From Syntrophales bacterium (lineage in GTDB: Bacteria; Desulfobacterota; Syntrophia; Syntrophales; UBA2210), in NCBI GenBank assembly GCA_963666365.2, contig CAXXNF010000002.1, positions 320,001-384,000 of the forward strand: a DNA stretch of 64,000 nucleotides, in the 5' to 3' direction. Positions 29,842 through 40,094 of this stretch are shown piece after piece. The notes under the pieces are model-generated. The model was given only the letters and a program-made list of their open reading frames with translations. It was not told where the DNA came from and made no database searches. The translations under genes were made by a program, and so were the position numbers. How positions within the stretch are numbered: position 1 is the first letter of the stretch; each line of letters starts with the position of its first letter.

Positions 29842-31182
29842 ATGAAACACATTAAGGTAACACTGGCACTTTTATTTTCTTTCATGCTGGTTATCGGAGG
29901 AATTGCTTCGACTGCCACGGCGGCCGTACCCGGATTCGATCTGAGCAAGATGTCCGACATGTCGGACTTTAATCCCAATAACGAAATCGAGCCGACGGGT
30001 GATGTGGTAAAGATCGGATATGTAAACCACTTTTCCGGTCCCGGTGCGGGAAACGGCGAGGTGCACATTATCCAGCTCAATTGGGTTGCCCACGATCTCA
30101 ACAAGCGGGGCGGCATCATGGTGGACGGCAAGAAGAAACTGATACGAGTCCTCAAAGGGGATGTCAAGGGGCAGCCGTCCGTGGCGAAAAAAGCGGCCGA
30201 AAAACTCTGTCTCGAAGATAATGTCGATATCCTGAGCGGCGTCTCCGGCAGCCACCTTGCGCTGGTGGTGTCGACGGTCGCAAAAAAGTACAAAAGAATA
30301 ATGCATCTCGAGTGCGCCGTTGCCGATTCGTTGCTCGATGCAAAGAACTTTCATCGCTACGCCTTCAGAACCTGCATCACCACCTCAATGTTCGGGAAGG
30401 CCATGGCCTACTACTATGCCCAGAGGCCGGAAAAGAAATTCTACATTCTGTGCCAGGATTATATGTACGGCCACGATATCGCCAACGCCTTTAAGGATGG
30501 GCTGAAGGCCTACAAGAAGGATTACGAGATCGTCGGTGAAGAGTATCACCCCCTCTTCCTCAAGGATTTTGCTCCCTATCTGACCAAGGTGCAGGGTGCA
30601 GGGGCGGAAGTGATCTATACGGGCGACTGGCTGCCCGACGGCATGAATATGGTAGTGCAAGCCAATAGCCTTGGTATAAAGCTGCCCATTGCCAATCTCT
30701 ATGCCGATACCTATGAGGGATTGAAGGCGATCGGAGGCGAGGCAGGCAGGACGATGGTAAACGGAAACGCCCACATGATCACCGTCGACACCCCCGAAAA
30801 CAAGGCTTTCAACGTGATGTGGAACGACCTGTGGAAAAAATGGGGCAAGCCCTACGATTCACCCATGTACAAATGGCCGTTCTCCATTCTGGGCGAATGC
30901 GTGAACGGATTCTACTGGCTCTTCGATGTGGTCGAACGTGCCGGCAGCACCGATCCCGAGAAAATTATTGCCACCTGGGAAGGCGACGAGTACAAATCGA
31001 TCACCGGCATGGTGAAGATGCGCGCCTGTGACCACCAGATTATCAGGGATTGTTTCGTATCCCAGTTCGAGTATCCCAATCCCTGGTTCGACGACGCGGC
31101 AAGCTACGGGAAACCCTTCATCGTGCCGGCCAAGTATTGCGAACAGCCGCTGCCCGAAGGGCTCGATAGATGTAACAAATAA
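29842..31182 (+). CDS. ABC substrate-binding protein, LivJ/PBP1 type, without cognate permease or ATPase nearby
   Basis: Signal peptide; VKIG...FSGP, QDY.YGH, DFAPYLTK, MRACDHQ; AAGGAGG RBS. Confidence 0.88.
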   Translation: MKHIKVTLALLFSFMLVIGGIASTATAAVPGFDLSKMSDMSDFNPNNEIEPTGDVVKIGYVNHFSGPGAGNGEVHIIQLNWVAHDLNKRGGIMVDGKKKLIRVLKGDVKGQPSVAKKAAEKLCLEDNVDILSGVSGSHLALVVSTVAKKYKRIMHLECAVADSLLDAKNFHRYAFRTCITTSMFGKAMAYYYAQRPEKKFYILCQDYMYGHDIANAFKDGLKAYKKDYEIVGEEYHPLFLKDFAPYLTKVQGAGAEVIYTGDWLPDGMNMVVQANSLGIKLPIANLYADTYEGLKAIGGEAGRTMVNGNAHMITVDTPENKAFNVMWNDLWKKWGKPYDSPMYKWPFSILGECVNGFYWLFDVVERAGSTDPEKIIATWEGDEYKSITGMVKMRACDHQIIRDCFVSQFEYPNPWFDDAASYGKPFIVPAKYCEQPLPEGLDRCNK

Positions 31183-31262
31183 CAGTTCTGACACACCACC
31201 GCACGTTCCTTTCTCCCCAAATCCCTCCTTTCTTCTTCTCCCTGCAAGGGGAGAGGAAGGAA

Positions 31263-31283
31263 GGGGGGACACTTCCCTTATTT
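31263..31283. repeat. REP-like unit GGGGGGACACTTCCCTTATTT
   Basis: Matches the 16024/16110 units; abuts the aldehyde dehydrogenase stop codon and follows a CTCCC/GGGAG hairpin. Confidence 0.6.
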
Positions 31284-32719
31284 CAGAACCACCGATAGGT
31301 GATCAGCATCCTGTACATCCTGTCAAAGATCTTTCCGTATGGTGGATAGATCAGTGAAGTGCTCAGGGGCATGGACGACTGAATGAACACCGGCCGGAGC
31401 TTGGAAAATTCCAGAAATCCTTCGTATCCATGGTACTGACCCATGCCGCTCATTCCCACGCCGCCGAAGGGCAGATCATGCTGTGCCACATGCATGGTGC
31501 AGTCGTTTACGCAGACGCCGCCCGACAGGGTTTGCATGATCACTTTACGCTGAAGCGTCCGGTCTTTCGTGAAAAGATAGAGCGCCAGCGGACGTGCATG
31601 GGCATTGACGTATTCGATGCATTCGTCAATTCGGGTGTAGGTTTTGATGGGAAGAACGGGGCCGAAGATCTCCCGCTGCATCAGCTCCATATCTTCCGTC
31701 ACATTCAGCGCGAGCATGGGTTGAAGCTTCCTGAGATTCTCTATGGCCTGTCGATCGGATACAAGATGCACCAGGACGGCGCCTTTTGAACGGGCGTCGT
31801 TCAAGGTTGCCCTGAGACGATCGAAGCTCTTTGCATCCACGATCGACGTATAATCTTCCGATAAAATCGCCGGGAAACGCTGTTTCATCACCTCTTTGGA
31901 CGCTTCGACGAAGTCAGCCACCCTCGTTTCGGGCAGGAACAGGTAGTCCGGGGCAATACAGGTCTGTCCCGCATTGATAAACTTGCCATAGAGGATGCGT
32001 TCCGCCGCCTGCTTGATATCGAAGTCTTCGCATATGATGGTGGGAGATTTTCCACCCAGCTCGAGTGTCACCGGCGTCAGATTTTCTGCAGCCGTCTTCA
32101 TTACGGTTTTTCCCGAGTCGGGCGAACCCGTAAAAATCAGGTGGTCGAAGGGAAGGGGGGTAAATTCGCCGGCCGATACCCCCGGGAGAACCGCTACCAG
32201 TTCTTGCTCAAATACAGAAGAAAACAGTTCATGGAGCACAGTGCAGAGTGTCTGCGAATTCGCAGCCATCTTGATCATGCAGCGATTGCCTGCAGCCAGC
32301 GCCCCTGTCAGCGGGCTCAGGACCAGAAAAAGAGGATAATTCCAGGGCGCAATGATCCCGACAACGCCCTTGGGCTGAGGGATGGCTCGGTTGCGGGCGC
32401 CCAGGAACGTGACTGCCGCATGCCTCCGCTGCACCTTCATCCACTTCTTGAGCTTTCGCCGGGTATAGCGCAGGCCCGAAACGGCGGGGTAAATCTCGAG
32501 GATTTTAGTCTCATGGGCCGAGCGATGGCCGAAATCCTTTGATATGGCATCGGCGATGCTCTCTTGATTCTCCACCAGCACGCGCTCGAGCTTCTTGAGC
32601 ACATACAGGCGATCTTCCAGTGATGGATAGGGTTTTTTCAGACAGGCCGCCTTCTGACGGTCGAAGATCTCACGGGCGGAACCATTATCATGAGAAAATT
32701 TTTCAGCTCTTTGGTTCAT
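31283..32719 (-). CDS. Aldehyde dehydrogenase (coniferyl-aldehyde dehydrogenase/ALDH3 type)
   Basis: PWNYP, FTGS, TLELGGKSP, NAGQTCIAPDY, EIFGPVLP, LPFGGVG.SGMGQYHG. Confidence 0.93.
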   Translation of the reverse strand: MNQRAEKFSHDNGSAREIFDRQKAACLKKPYPSLEDRLYVLKKLERVLVENQESIADAISKDFGHRSAHETKILEIYPAVSGLRYTRRKLKKWMKVQRRHAAVTFLGARNRAIPQPKGVVGIIAPWNYPLFLVLSPLTGALAAGNRCMIKMAANSQTLCTVLHELFSSVFEQELVAVLPGVSAGEFTPLPFDHLIFTGSPDSGKTVMKTAAENLTPVTLELGGKSPTIICEDFDIKQAAERILYGKFINAGQTCIAPDYLFLPETRVADFVEASKEVMKQRFPAILSEDYTSIVDAKSFDRLRATLNDARSKGAVLVHLVSDRQAIENLRKLQPMLALNVTEDMELMQREIFGPVLPIKTYTRIDECIEYVNAHARPLALYLFTKDRTLQRKVIMQTLSGGVCVNDCTMHVAQHDLPFGGVGMSGMGQYHGYEGFLEFSKLRPVFIQSSMPLSTSLIYPPYGKIFDRMYRMLITYRWF

Positions 32720-33353
32720 GGGAAGCCTTCCTTTTCCCGGCAAAAAAACACCTGCCGGAATGTGAAATAAAAAAACCCTCGTCAGCCGGAGAGCGCCAGG
32801 CCGGAGAAACCGCCTTTCGAAGAGTAGTACTGTGCACTATAAGAAATTATATCGGCAAGATCAATGAAAACCTTGTTTTCCTTTGTTTTTCCTTGACTTT
32901 CCTTTTGCACAAAAGTAATTTTTACAACCGTCGAAGGAAACCTGACTCCGAAAAACCGACACAGATCTCCCAAATGTTTGAAAAGAAAGGCCGGACATGA
33001 AAAAAGTCTGCACAGAAGACCCCGATTTCTGAAGAAGAGACGGGGTTTTGTTGTATGGATTGCCGCTGTCTGTATCGGAAGAAAGAAGGCTTTGATAGAG
33101 AATGAACAACGCACCTCAATCTGTCTTGGATCTGGTCGAAAAGTTATGATGAAATTGCCATTGTAGAGAACAAAAGATGAGTTAGAGATCCTCTAAATGC
33201 TTAAAGTATAGAATAAGTAAAAGTTGTTAAATTATTATAATTTAATGGGAATAAAACTATGGAAGAGGCGGATTTTTTCGCCTATCTTTCCCAATTATGG
33301 GCCATGATGATCTGGGGAAATAAGCACATTACACTAAAGAAGACGGTTAATGG

Positions 33354-33725
33354 ATGCGAGATGAGTTACACATCAAAAGCCAAGATCTTTGCGCGCTTGA
33401 AATAAGTCATAAAAGCGGGAGTGAATCCTTTGTGTCACAAGGTAAATCTATCGGTTCGACTTTGCTGGACTTCTGGCAATGGTTCACCTCGGATTTGCTT
33501 AATAACACCACGCGAGGGAAATTAGCCGAGTTCATTGCGGCGAACGCGTTGGGTATCGCCGGTACAATCGGGCAGAATTGGGATTCTTATGATCAGGTAA
33601 CATCGGCCGGCACAACCATCGAAGTCAAAGCGGTGGCCTTCATCCAGAGCTGGGGACAAAAGAAGTGGTCGAAGATACATTTTGTGCAGAAGATTCCTTA
33701 TGATAAATTCACTCATTTTTATTAA
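33354..33725 (+). pseudogene. Probably truncated PD-(D/E)xK nuclease-like protein
   Basis: DFWQW..SDLLNNTTRG.LAEF...WDSYD...IEVK...QSW; the sequence becomes AT-rich and stops shortly after the IEVK motif. Confidence 0.5.
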
Positions 33726-33794
33726 TTTTCAGTCTGTTGGAAATACAGGGAAGAAATAAAGAGCGTAAATGAACCCCACGGTGATCACTATAAA

Positions 33795-34640
33795 ATGGAA
33801 AATATCGTAAAAACGGAAATAATAAGGTTTGTAAGCAGAACCGAATATGCGAGCGTCAAGTCCAGGCTTTTTGAGGATTCGCGGTATGCGGCGATCGGAC
33901 GGATAATCACCGCATACGATGACAACGCCTCCACGATCACCTACAAAACGGAAGAGATAGTTCCCCGGGCCGTCGATCCGCATCGAACGAAGGTGCTTCT
34001 CCTTTTCAAAAATCCCCATCCCGGTTCGGTTGAAACAGGCCTTTATCTTTCGGCGGCAAATTCGAAGACCTTCTGGGAACGTTTTTTTGAAGTATCATGC
34101 AACTCTTCTCTATTGCCTCTTATTTACAGGGATTCGTGGGTGCGGGATATCGCCGGTACGATGGTATCCGGCGATTACGACAGTCAATTTATCTATTATT
34201 TTAAATGCCTTTATCACTTTCCCTCGCGGCAGTTCACTGAACTGAAAAGTCTTTTTTCATCGGCGCCCGTTACCTACAGAAAGGAAATAGTTGAACGGTC
34301 GATCGCCGATTTTTGGACCTTTCTTCGCAGGCACGGCATTGCCGACGTAATCGTCTTTTTCATCGACGGGATGCGGATTCTGGCAGGCATATCGGTCACT
34401 CCATCCAGGGACGTCATCGGCGGGATAAAAAGAGGGGTGGAAGAGTATGTCGCCAATGGAAACACGGCGAGTTTCCGGCGGGCCTATGATGGGCTGAAGG
34501 TGAAAACGCCTGAAGGCGTTATCTTTTACTACAACATGAATACCAGAACAAAAAATCACGGCTCGCAGCTTCCCAAGCGTTATTTTACCTACAATCTGGA
34601 ATTCATCCTTCATGACATATTGAAGGGATGCAACAAATAA
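33795..34640 (+). CDS. Hypothetical protein, possible divergent uracil-DNA-glycosylase superfamily member
   Basis: Intact 281-aa ORF; KVLLLFKNPHPGSVETGLYLSAANSKTFWERF resembles the MUG/UDG N-terminal motif. Confidence 0.55.
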   Translation: MENIVKTEIIRFVSRTEYASVKSRLFEDSRYAAIGRIITAYDDNASTITYKTEEIVPRAVDPHRTKVLLLFKNPHPGSVETGLYLSAANSKTFWERFFEVSCNSSLLPLIYRDSWVRDIAGTMVSGDYDSQFIYYFKCLYHFPSRQFTELKSLFSSAPVTYRKEIVERSIADFWTFLRRHGIADVIVFFIDGMRILAGISVTPSRDVIGGIKRGVEEYVANGNTASFRRAYDGLKVKTPEGVIFYYNMNTRTKNHGSQLPKRYFTYNLEFILHDILKGCNK

Positions 34641-34653
34641 AGGAGGGCAATCT

Positions 34654-34830
34654 AATGAAACTGCAGAAAATCAATGGAATAGGACCCGCGAAGGCCGCGT
34701 TAATTGCAGCCCCCTTTGAATTCTTCCGCCGGAAGAATTCAAGATTTCCTTTCCGCCCGATGTTTTGCCATTGATTCAGCACTATGGCGACCGCACACAG
34801 GAACATTTTTTATGCATTTCCCTGGACCAG
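34654..34830 (+). pseudogene. radC: radC (JAB domain protein) remnant
   Basis: LQKINGIGPAKAALIAAPFEFFRR, then in another frame KISFPPDVLPLIQHYGDRTQEHFLCISLD; truncated before the HNHPSG motif. Confidence 0.7.
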
Positions 34831-34880
34831 CATTTCCTTGCATTAACGATAAAATTCATTTAATAACATTGGGGTTTTAT

Positions 34881-34946
34881 TCCCCGCCCCTTGGGGCGTT
34901 CAATGCTTTTAAAGATACCCCGCTGCTTGCGGCGGGGTAGTTCATT
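34881..34946. mobile_element. IS200/IS605-type end or MITE remnant
   Basis: Hairpin TACCCCGCTGC-TT-GCGGCGGGGTA followed by GTTCA, with an upstream CGCCCC-TT-GGGGCG hairpin; no transposase. Confidence 0.55.
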
Positions 34947-35028
34947 TGCTGAAACCCTGCTAAAAAATTTCATCCATATTTTTTAGGCAGCAAACAACAA
35001 CGACAAGCAAAAAGAAGGGGTGCCTATT

Positions 35029-36099
35029 ATGACGGAAAAGAAAAAACAGCAGTTGCCGAAGCCGACAATGGGAAATACTAAAAAGGAAATGCTCGATGCC
35101 TATAATGAGTTGCTGAAAGAGTTGCAGGAGCTGCGGCAGGAGGAGCTGAAACCGGAGAAGAAGATGGAGGAAAAGAAGACCAGGGAAATTCTTGAAGTCG
35201 CCGACTCCCTTTCTGTGGAGAAGGTGGTAAAAGGAATCGGCAGTCTCAAGTTCGATATGAGTAAAATGTTGACGGAAATTTCGGATAAACTTGAAAGCGA
35301 GGTACAGAAACTCCAGGGTATTCAAAAAGCGATCGTCATCAAGGAAGAGGAATTGCAGGAACTTTACGAGATTGAGAAGTCGGCAGCCACTTTGGCCGCG
35401 CTTATAGAGGTCCAGAACCGGAAGCGGCAGGAGTATGAATTCGAGATGGCCTCGAAGCGAGAAGATCTGGTAGGAGAAATTGAAAGCACCAGAGAGGAAT
35501 GGAAGAAAGAAAAAAGAGAATATGAACAAGAGGTGAAGGAGCAACGCCTCGCCGAAGAGAAGAAACATGAACGGGAGAAGGAAGAATTTCTCTATAATCT
35601 CAAGCGGGAACAGCAGCTTTTAAAAGATGAATTTGAAGATGAAAAAGCCGGACTTGAAAAGGAAATTCAACTGAAACGAGAGCAAATGGAAAAAGAGCTG
35701 GCGGAAAGAGAAAGGGCCCTACGCGAAAACGAGAAGGAACTGAATGAACTGCGTAAAAACGCGGTTGCATTTCCCAAAGAGTTGGATGCCGCCGTCGCTA
35801 GGGCAGTGAAAGATGTCAGCGACAAAATAAAGGCGGATGCCGTAAACAAAGAGCAATTGATAAGCAAGGAGTTCGAGGGAGAGAAAAAAGTATTTATTAC
35901 CAGAATCGAATCACTTGAAAAAACAGTAGAGGCACAGGCAGAGCAGATTTCACGGCTCTCGGGACAGCTCGAAAAATCCTACCAGAAAGTGGAGGATATC
36001 GCGGTCAAGGCGATAGAAGGTTCGTCGAATCTTAAATCTTTTTCCTATGCACCGCAGCACATGACGGCCGAGCAGTCAAAAAACAGGAATGAGGTGTAA
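35029..36099 (+). CDS. Long coiled-coil protein of unknown function
   Basis: About 356 aa, E/K-rich heptads, N-terminal NTKKEMLDAYNEL, C-terminal IAVKAIEGSS. Confidence 0.85.
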   Translation: MTEKKKQQLPKPTMGNTKKEMLDAYNELLKELQELRQEELKPEKKMEEKKTREILEVADSLSVEKVVKGIGSLKFDMSKMLTEISDKLESEVQKLQGIQKAIVIKEEELQELYEIEKSAATLAALIEVQNRKRQEYEFEMASKREDLVGEIESTREEWKKEKREYEQEVKEQRLAEEKKHEREKEEFLYNLKREQQLLKDEFEDEKAGLEKEIQLKREQMEKELAERERALRENEKELNELRKNAVAFPKELDAAVARAVKDVSDKIKADAVNKEQLISKEFEGEKKVFITRIESLEKTVEAQAEQISRLSGQLEKSYQKVEDIAVKAIEGSSNLKSFSYAPQHMTAEQSKNRNEV

Positions 36100-36221
36100 T
36101 CGGGTTATTTTTTGTGACAACGATCCAGTTACTGCACAGGAATCTTTTCCAACATGTCGATAGCGGAGTGAACGATATAAATAATACTCGAGTAGATCTG
36201 GTTGCCCCCGGCAAAAGAAGC

Positions 36222-37616
36222 ATGGCGTCTAAATGGATGATTCTGGGAGCAGTAATGATGGGCGTGATCATGGGGCCTATCGACGGCAGTATTGTCAACG
36301 TGGTTCTGCCGACCATCGCAGCACATTTTCAGAGCGATTATTCCCTGGCCCAGTGGGTGCCTACGATTTATCTGCTGGCAATCTGTTCCTTTCTTTTGAT
36401 CTATGGCCGCCTGGGGGATATGCTGGGGTACAAAACAATATTTCTCACGGGGCTTGCCTGTTTTGCCGGCGCGTCTCTTTTATGCGGTCTTTCACAGAAC
36501 ATATGGATGCTGATCGCCTTCAGAGCGCTGCAGGGGCTCATGGTGGCGATGCAGATGGCCCTGGGCATGGCCATTGTTACTGACGCCTTTCTACCGAAAG
36601 AACGGGGCAAGGCCATCGGTATCTATGCAACCGCCATAGCCCTCGGATTGATGGTGGGGCCCGTGCTGGGGGGAATAATTGCGCAATATCTGGATTGGCG
36701 CTTTGTGTTCTTCATCAATATTCCCATTGCCTTGATTGCCTGGCTCTGGGGGTACAAGGTGATCCCGTCGGGGCACAGGAAGCCCGGACAACAGCTCGAT
36801 GTATCAGGCGCTGTACTCGCCTTTGCAGCTCTTTTCAGCATCGTCCTCTATGCGAACCGAGGCCAGAGCCTGGGCTGGTTTTCAGTACGGGGTGTGGCGT
36901 TGCTGCTGTGCGCTGCAATATTCGGATGGCTGTTTTTACGTAGAGAGCGCACGTCGGCGCACCCGATGATCGATCTTTCGATTTTTTCAAATCGCCGCTT
37001 CAGTTTTGCCTGCCTGAGTTCATTGCTCAACTTCATGGCCCTTTACACCGTCGTGTTCCTGACGCCCTGGTATCTTACCGATGCCCTGCACCGCAGTGTC
37101 CTTACGGTTGGTATGGTAATGACGGCCTTTCCACTTCTGACCTTTTTTGTGGGGCCCTTGAGCGGGAGCCTTTCCGATCGCATCGGGTCGCGCGGGCTGG
37201 CCTTTTTCGGTATGTGCATTCACGCCGTGGGATTAGTGCTTCTCAGCCGTTTGGACGGGACGGCCGGCAATTCGGATGTTGCATGGCGTCTGGCTGTCTG
37301 CGGTCTGGGGGCGGGTATGTTTCAGAGCCCCATCAACAGTGCCGTTATGGGAAGTGCACCTGTGCGGTTCCGGGGCATTGCTTCCAGCGTTCTGGCCGTG
37401 ACGCGCAACATCGGCATGGCATTCGGCATTGCCGTGGCCGGCGCTGTCGTCTACCATATGGCGCCCTTTACCACCAGCGGGCATGTAGGTCATTTTAACG
37501 AATGTCAGATGGATGCCTACCTCAACGGGTTGCACTGGGCCTATTTAGTCGGCGCTCTATTGTCGTTATGTGCCGCGTTCACCGCGTTGCTCGCCAAGGT
37601 TAAAGTGGACAAATGA
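36222..37616 (+). CDS. MFS DHA2 (EmrB/QacA) drug transporter
   Basis: IDGSIVNVVLP, GRLGD..G.K, WRFVFFINIPI, about 14 TM segments. Confidence 0.92.
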   Translation: MASKWMILGAVMMGVIMGPIDGSIVNVVLPTIAAHFQSDYSLAQWVPTIYLLAICSFLLIYGRLGDMLGYKTIFLTGLACFAGASLLCGLSQNIWMLIAFRALQGLMVAMQMALGMAIVTDAFLPKERGKAIGIYATAIALGLMVGPVLGGIIAQYLDWRFVFFINIPIALIAWLWGYKVIPSGHRKPGQQLDVSGAVLAFAALFSIVLYANRGQSLGWFSVRGVALLLCAAIFGWLFLRRERTSAHPMIDLSIFSNRRFSFACLSSLLNFMALYTVVFLTPWYLTDALHRSVLTVGMVMTAFPLLTFFVGPLSGSLSDRIGSRGLAFFGMCIHAVGLVLLSRLDGTAGNSDVAWRLAVCGLGAGMFQSPINSAVMGSAPVRFRGIASSVLAVTRNIGMAFGIAVAGAVVYHMAPFTTSGHVGHFNECQMDAYLNGLHWAYLVGALLSLCAAFTALLAKVKVDK

Positions 37617-37740
37617 AGGGAACCACTATGGCGGTGATGGGTAATCGGATGATGGTTCATGATGCCGGCGATGTCCGATGGAAGGTTGAAATCTCGCAGG
37701 GCGTGCTTTTTCACGATCTTTTACTGCACCCTCGTTGCAC

Positions 37741-38598
37741 TCAGTAGATCTTCCGGCGGGCCAGGTTGGAGCCGATTACGGAGAAGGTATTTTCGGCAAT
37801 GAAAAGAGCCTTGGGATCGACGGTGAAGACGATTTCTTCGAGTCGCTTGAGCTGAATGTTATTGATAACCGTAAGAACTACCTGTTTCGGTGTTCCGGAA
37901 AAGCCGCCGACACCGTTCAGAAGGGTTGACCCCATTCTGAATTTCTTGTTGACCATATCGGATATTTTCATGGGGTGATCTGAGATAATCAATACCATTT
38001 TTCTCTGGCTGAACATGGAAAGCGCATATTCCATTGCAAGGGAAGTGCAGAACAGCATGATCATGGAGGCGACAACAAGGTCGTTGTCAAAATAAATGAA
38101 GCAAAGCCCGTACAGAACGGCATTAAAGAAAAAATAAAATTTGCCGAGACCGATATTGAATTTCTGATAAAATAGGATGGCCATTACGTCCAAGCCACCG
38201 TTTGAACCGAGCGACCGCAATACAATGCCGGCGCCCATTCCTGATATAACGCCGCAGATGACTGCCGCATACAATTGGTTGTCTATTTGAAAATTGACGT
38301 CTATAAATGCGTAGATTCCTGTAAACGCAATCATTGCATACAGTGAATACCACAGAAAGCGTTTGCCGATGAACCTCCAGGCAATAATGAAAAGAGGTAT
38401 ATTGAATAAGAGATACCAAAGGCTTATCTTGCCTGTGTTCCCGGCAAAATAGACCAGAGAGGCCACACCGAAAATTCCTCCCGGAATAAAGCCGTGGGCG
38501 AAGGCGATGCCTTTTAAGGCAAGGGCAATAATGACCGAACCGGCAGTAATCAAAAAGAGGTTCCAGGGAATCGAATATGTGATCCGGGTATCGAGCAT
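37741..38598 (-). CDS. YitT family membrane protein
   Basis: GG..G, LFNIPLF, GS.GGLD, C-terminal L...V..VDPKALF. Confidence 0.9.
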   Translation of the reverse strand: MLDTRITYSIPWNLFLITAGSVIIALALKGIAFAHGFIPGGIFGVASLVYFAGNTGKISLWYLLFNIPLFIIAWRFIGKRFLWYSLYAMIAFTGIYAFIDVNFQIDNQLYAAVICGVISGMGAGIVLRSLGSNGGLDVMAILFYQKFNIGLGKFYFFFNAVLYGLCFIYFDNDLVVASMIMLFCTSLAMEYALSMFSQRKMVLIISDHPMKISDMVNKKFRMGSTLLNGVGGFSGTPKQVVLTVINNIQLKRLEEIVFTVDPKALFIAENTFSVIGSNLARRKIY

Positions 38599-38684
38599 CT
38601 GTCTTTAGCTTCCGAACCTTTCCTTCGACGCGGTCATCGGGCAAAAGTCTTGTCCGGAGGGTTAATAAAAGTATTTATAAATAT

Positions 38685-40094
38685 TTAACTATTTTCAATC
38701 AATTCGCGATGCAGGGCGCAGACGCTTTTTTCATAATCATCTTCTTCGACTACGAATTGAATATCGATGTCACGCATACACTTGTGAACCGCCAGCACCT
38801 TAATGCCTTTGTGAGCCAGTGCATTGACGGCTCTGAGTAACACCTCGGAATCGGTCATATTGCTGCCTATGGCGGAGACAAGTGCAACTTTTTTAAGCAT
38901 TATGTCTGCAGAGGGAAACGATTCCTGGATGCAATCAGAGAGTTTTTTTATCATCGCGAGAGGCTCGGCCACATAATGGGTCAAGGTATTGGCATTGGTA
39001 TCCTTTGCGAGATAGCGTATTTTGAATTTAGCGAAATGCTTCAGCATTTCCTGATCGTGGGTGTACCGGCCCACCATGTCCTGATCGAAACATTCTATGG
39101 CCGTTACTTTTTTCCGGCCTGCGATAATTTCGACTTTCGGCGACTCACTTCTATACTCAGTCTGAATCAGCGTGCCGGGGTGCTCCGGTTCAAAGGCATT
39201 TTTTATGCGCAGCGGGATGCCGTTTTTACGCATTCCTCTGGCTGCCTGGGGATGAATTGCTTCCATGCCCAAATCGGACAGCTGATCGGCAACATCATAA
39301 TTGGTGTTTCCTATGATTTGTACGTTATCCGTGCCGACAAGTTTCGGATCCCCGCTGCTGAGATGAAATTCTTTATGGATAATTCCTTCCCCTACCTGTG
39401 TGAGCACCGCAATTTTACTGAATGTGATCTCACTGTATCCCCTGTCGAAAGTGCCCATAATGCCTTCTTTGCAACGGGTGTATCCGGTAACCACCGGCAG
39501 TTCGTTGCTAAGATCAATATCCCTGAAATGACGAAGTATTTTTTCGTCAAAGGGAAGGGTTTCCGTTTCCATCCATCCACTCAGATCCACAAACCGGGTG
39601 TTTACTCCCATCTTTGACAGGATCTGAAAGGTGTTGTGGGCACTGTGCGCTTCCCCCAGAGCACTGAGCATTTCACGGACGGTCATAAGATGTTCGTCAA
39701 GCTGGAAATGTCCATATGAACAGAGGCGGGTCAGATCCAGCAGGCAGCTTCGCACCCCCTCTATTCGCTCTTTCACAAATCGGTCCGCAATAGACAGGTC
39801 CAGGCCCAGCGGTTCGAGTTCCGCATTAATTTCGCACATCCTGTCACCGACCCGGGTTATGGCATCTCCCCACGCCCAGGATGAGTCGCTGTCCGAAAAA
39901 AGCGCATACACTCCCGCCTCCTGGGACTTTTTGTGTTCAAGCAGCATATCCGTCAGTCCGCCATAGGCGGATACCACAATTATTCGATTATACAGATCTT
40001 CTTCTTTTCTATCTCCGACTAATATCGTATTCAGCACGTCCGAAAACTTACTCATCGATGTGCCGCCGATTTTTTCTACTCTATGGTTTCCCAT
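38685..40094 (-). CDS. Aspartate kinase, Ask_Ect subtype
   Basis: VEKIGGTSMS, LLEHKK...GVY, LCSYGHFQL.EHL..VREML, FDRGYSEITF, IHKEFHLSS.DP, TNYDVADQL. Confidence 0.88.
   Translation of the reverse strand: MGNHRVEKIGGTSMSKFSDVLNTILVGDRKEEDLYNRIIVVSAYGGLTDMLLEHKKSQEAGVYALFSDSDSSWAWGDAITRVGDRMCEINAELEPLGLDLSIADRFVKERIEGVRSCLLDLTRLCSYGHFQLDEHLMTVREMLSALGEAHSAHNTFQILSKMGVNTRFVDLSGWMETETLPFDEKILRHFRDIDLSNELPVVTGYTRCKEGIMGTFDRGYSEITFSKIAVLTQVGEGIIHKEFHLSSGDPKLVGTDNVQIIGNTNYDVADQLSDLGMEAIHPQAARGMRKNGIPLRIKNAFEPEHPGTLIQTEYRSESPKVEIIAGRKKVTAIECFDQDMVGRYTHDQEMLKHFAKFKIRYLAKDTNANTLTHYVAEPLAMIKKLSDCIQESFPSADIMLKKVALVSAIGSNMTDSEVLLRAVNALAHKGIKVLAVHKCMRDIDIQFVVEEDDYEKSVCALHRELIENS

Noticed and set aside
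32765..32830. Hammerhead-like GAAA...CTGACGAG or riboswitch upstream of the aldehyde dehydrogenase (minus strand)
   Set aside because: Stems II and III do not pair convincingly and the cleavage triplet is misplaced; I recognise no riboswitch consensus.
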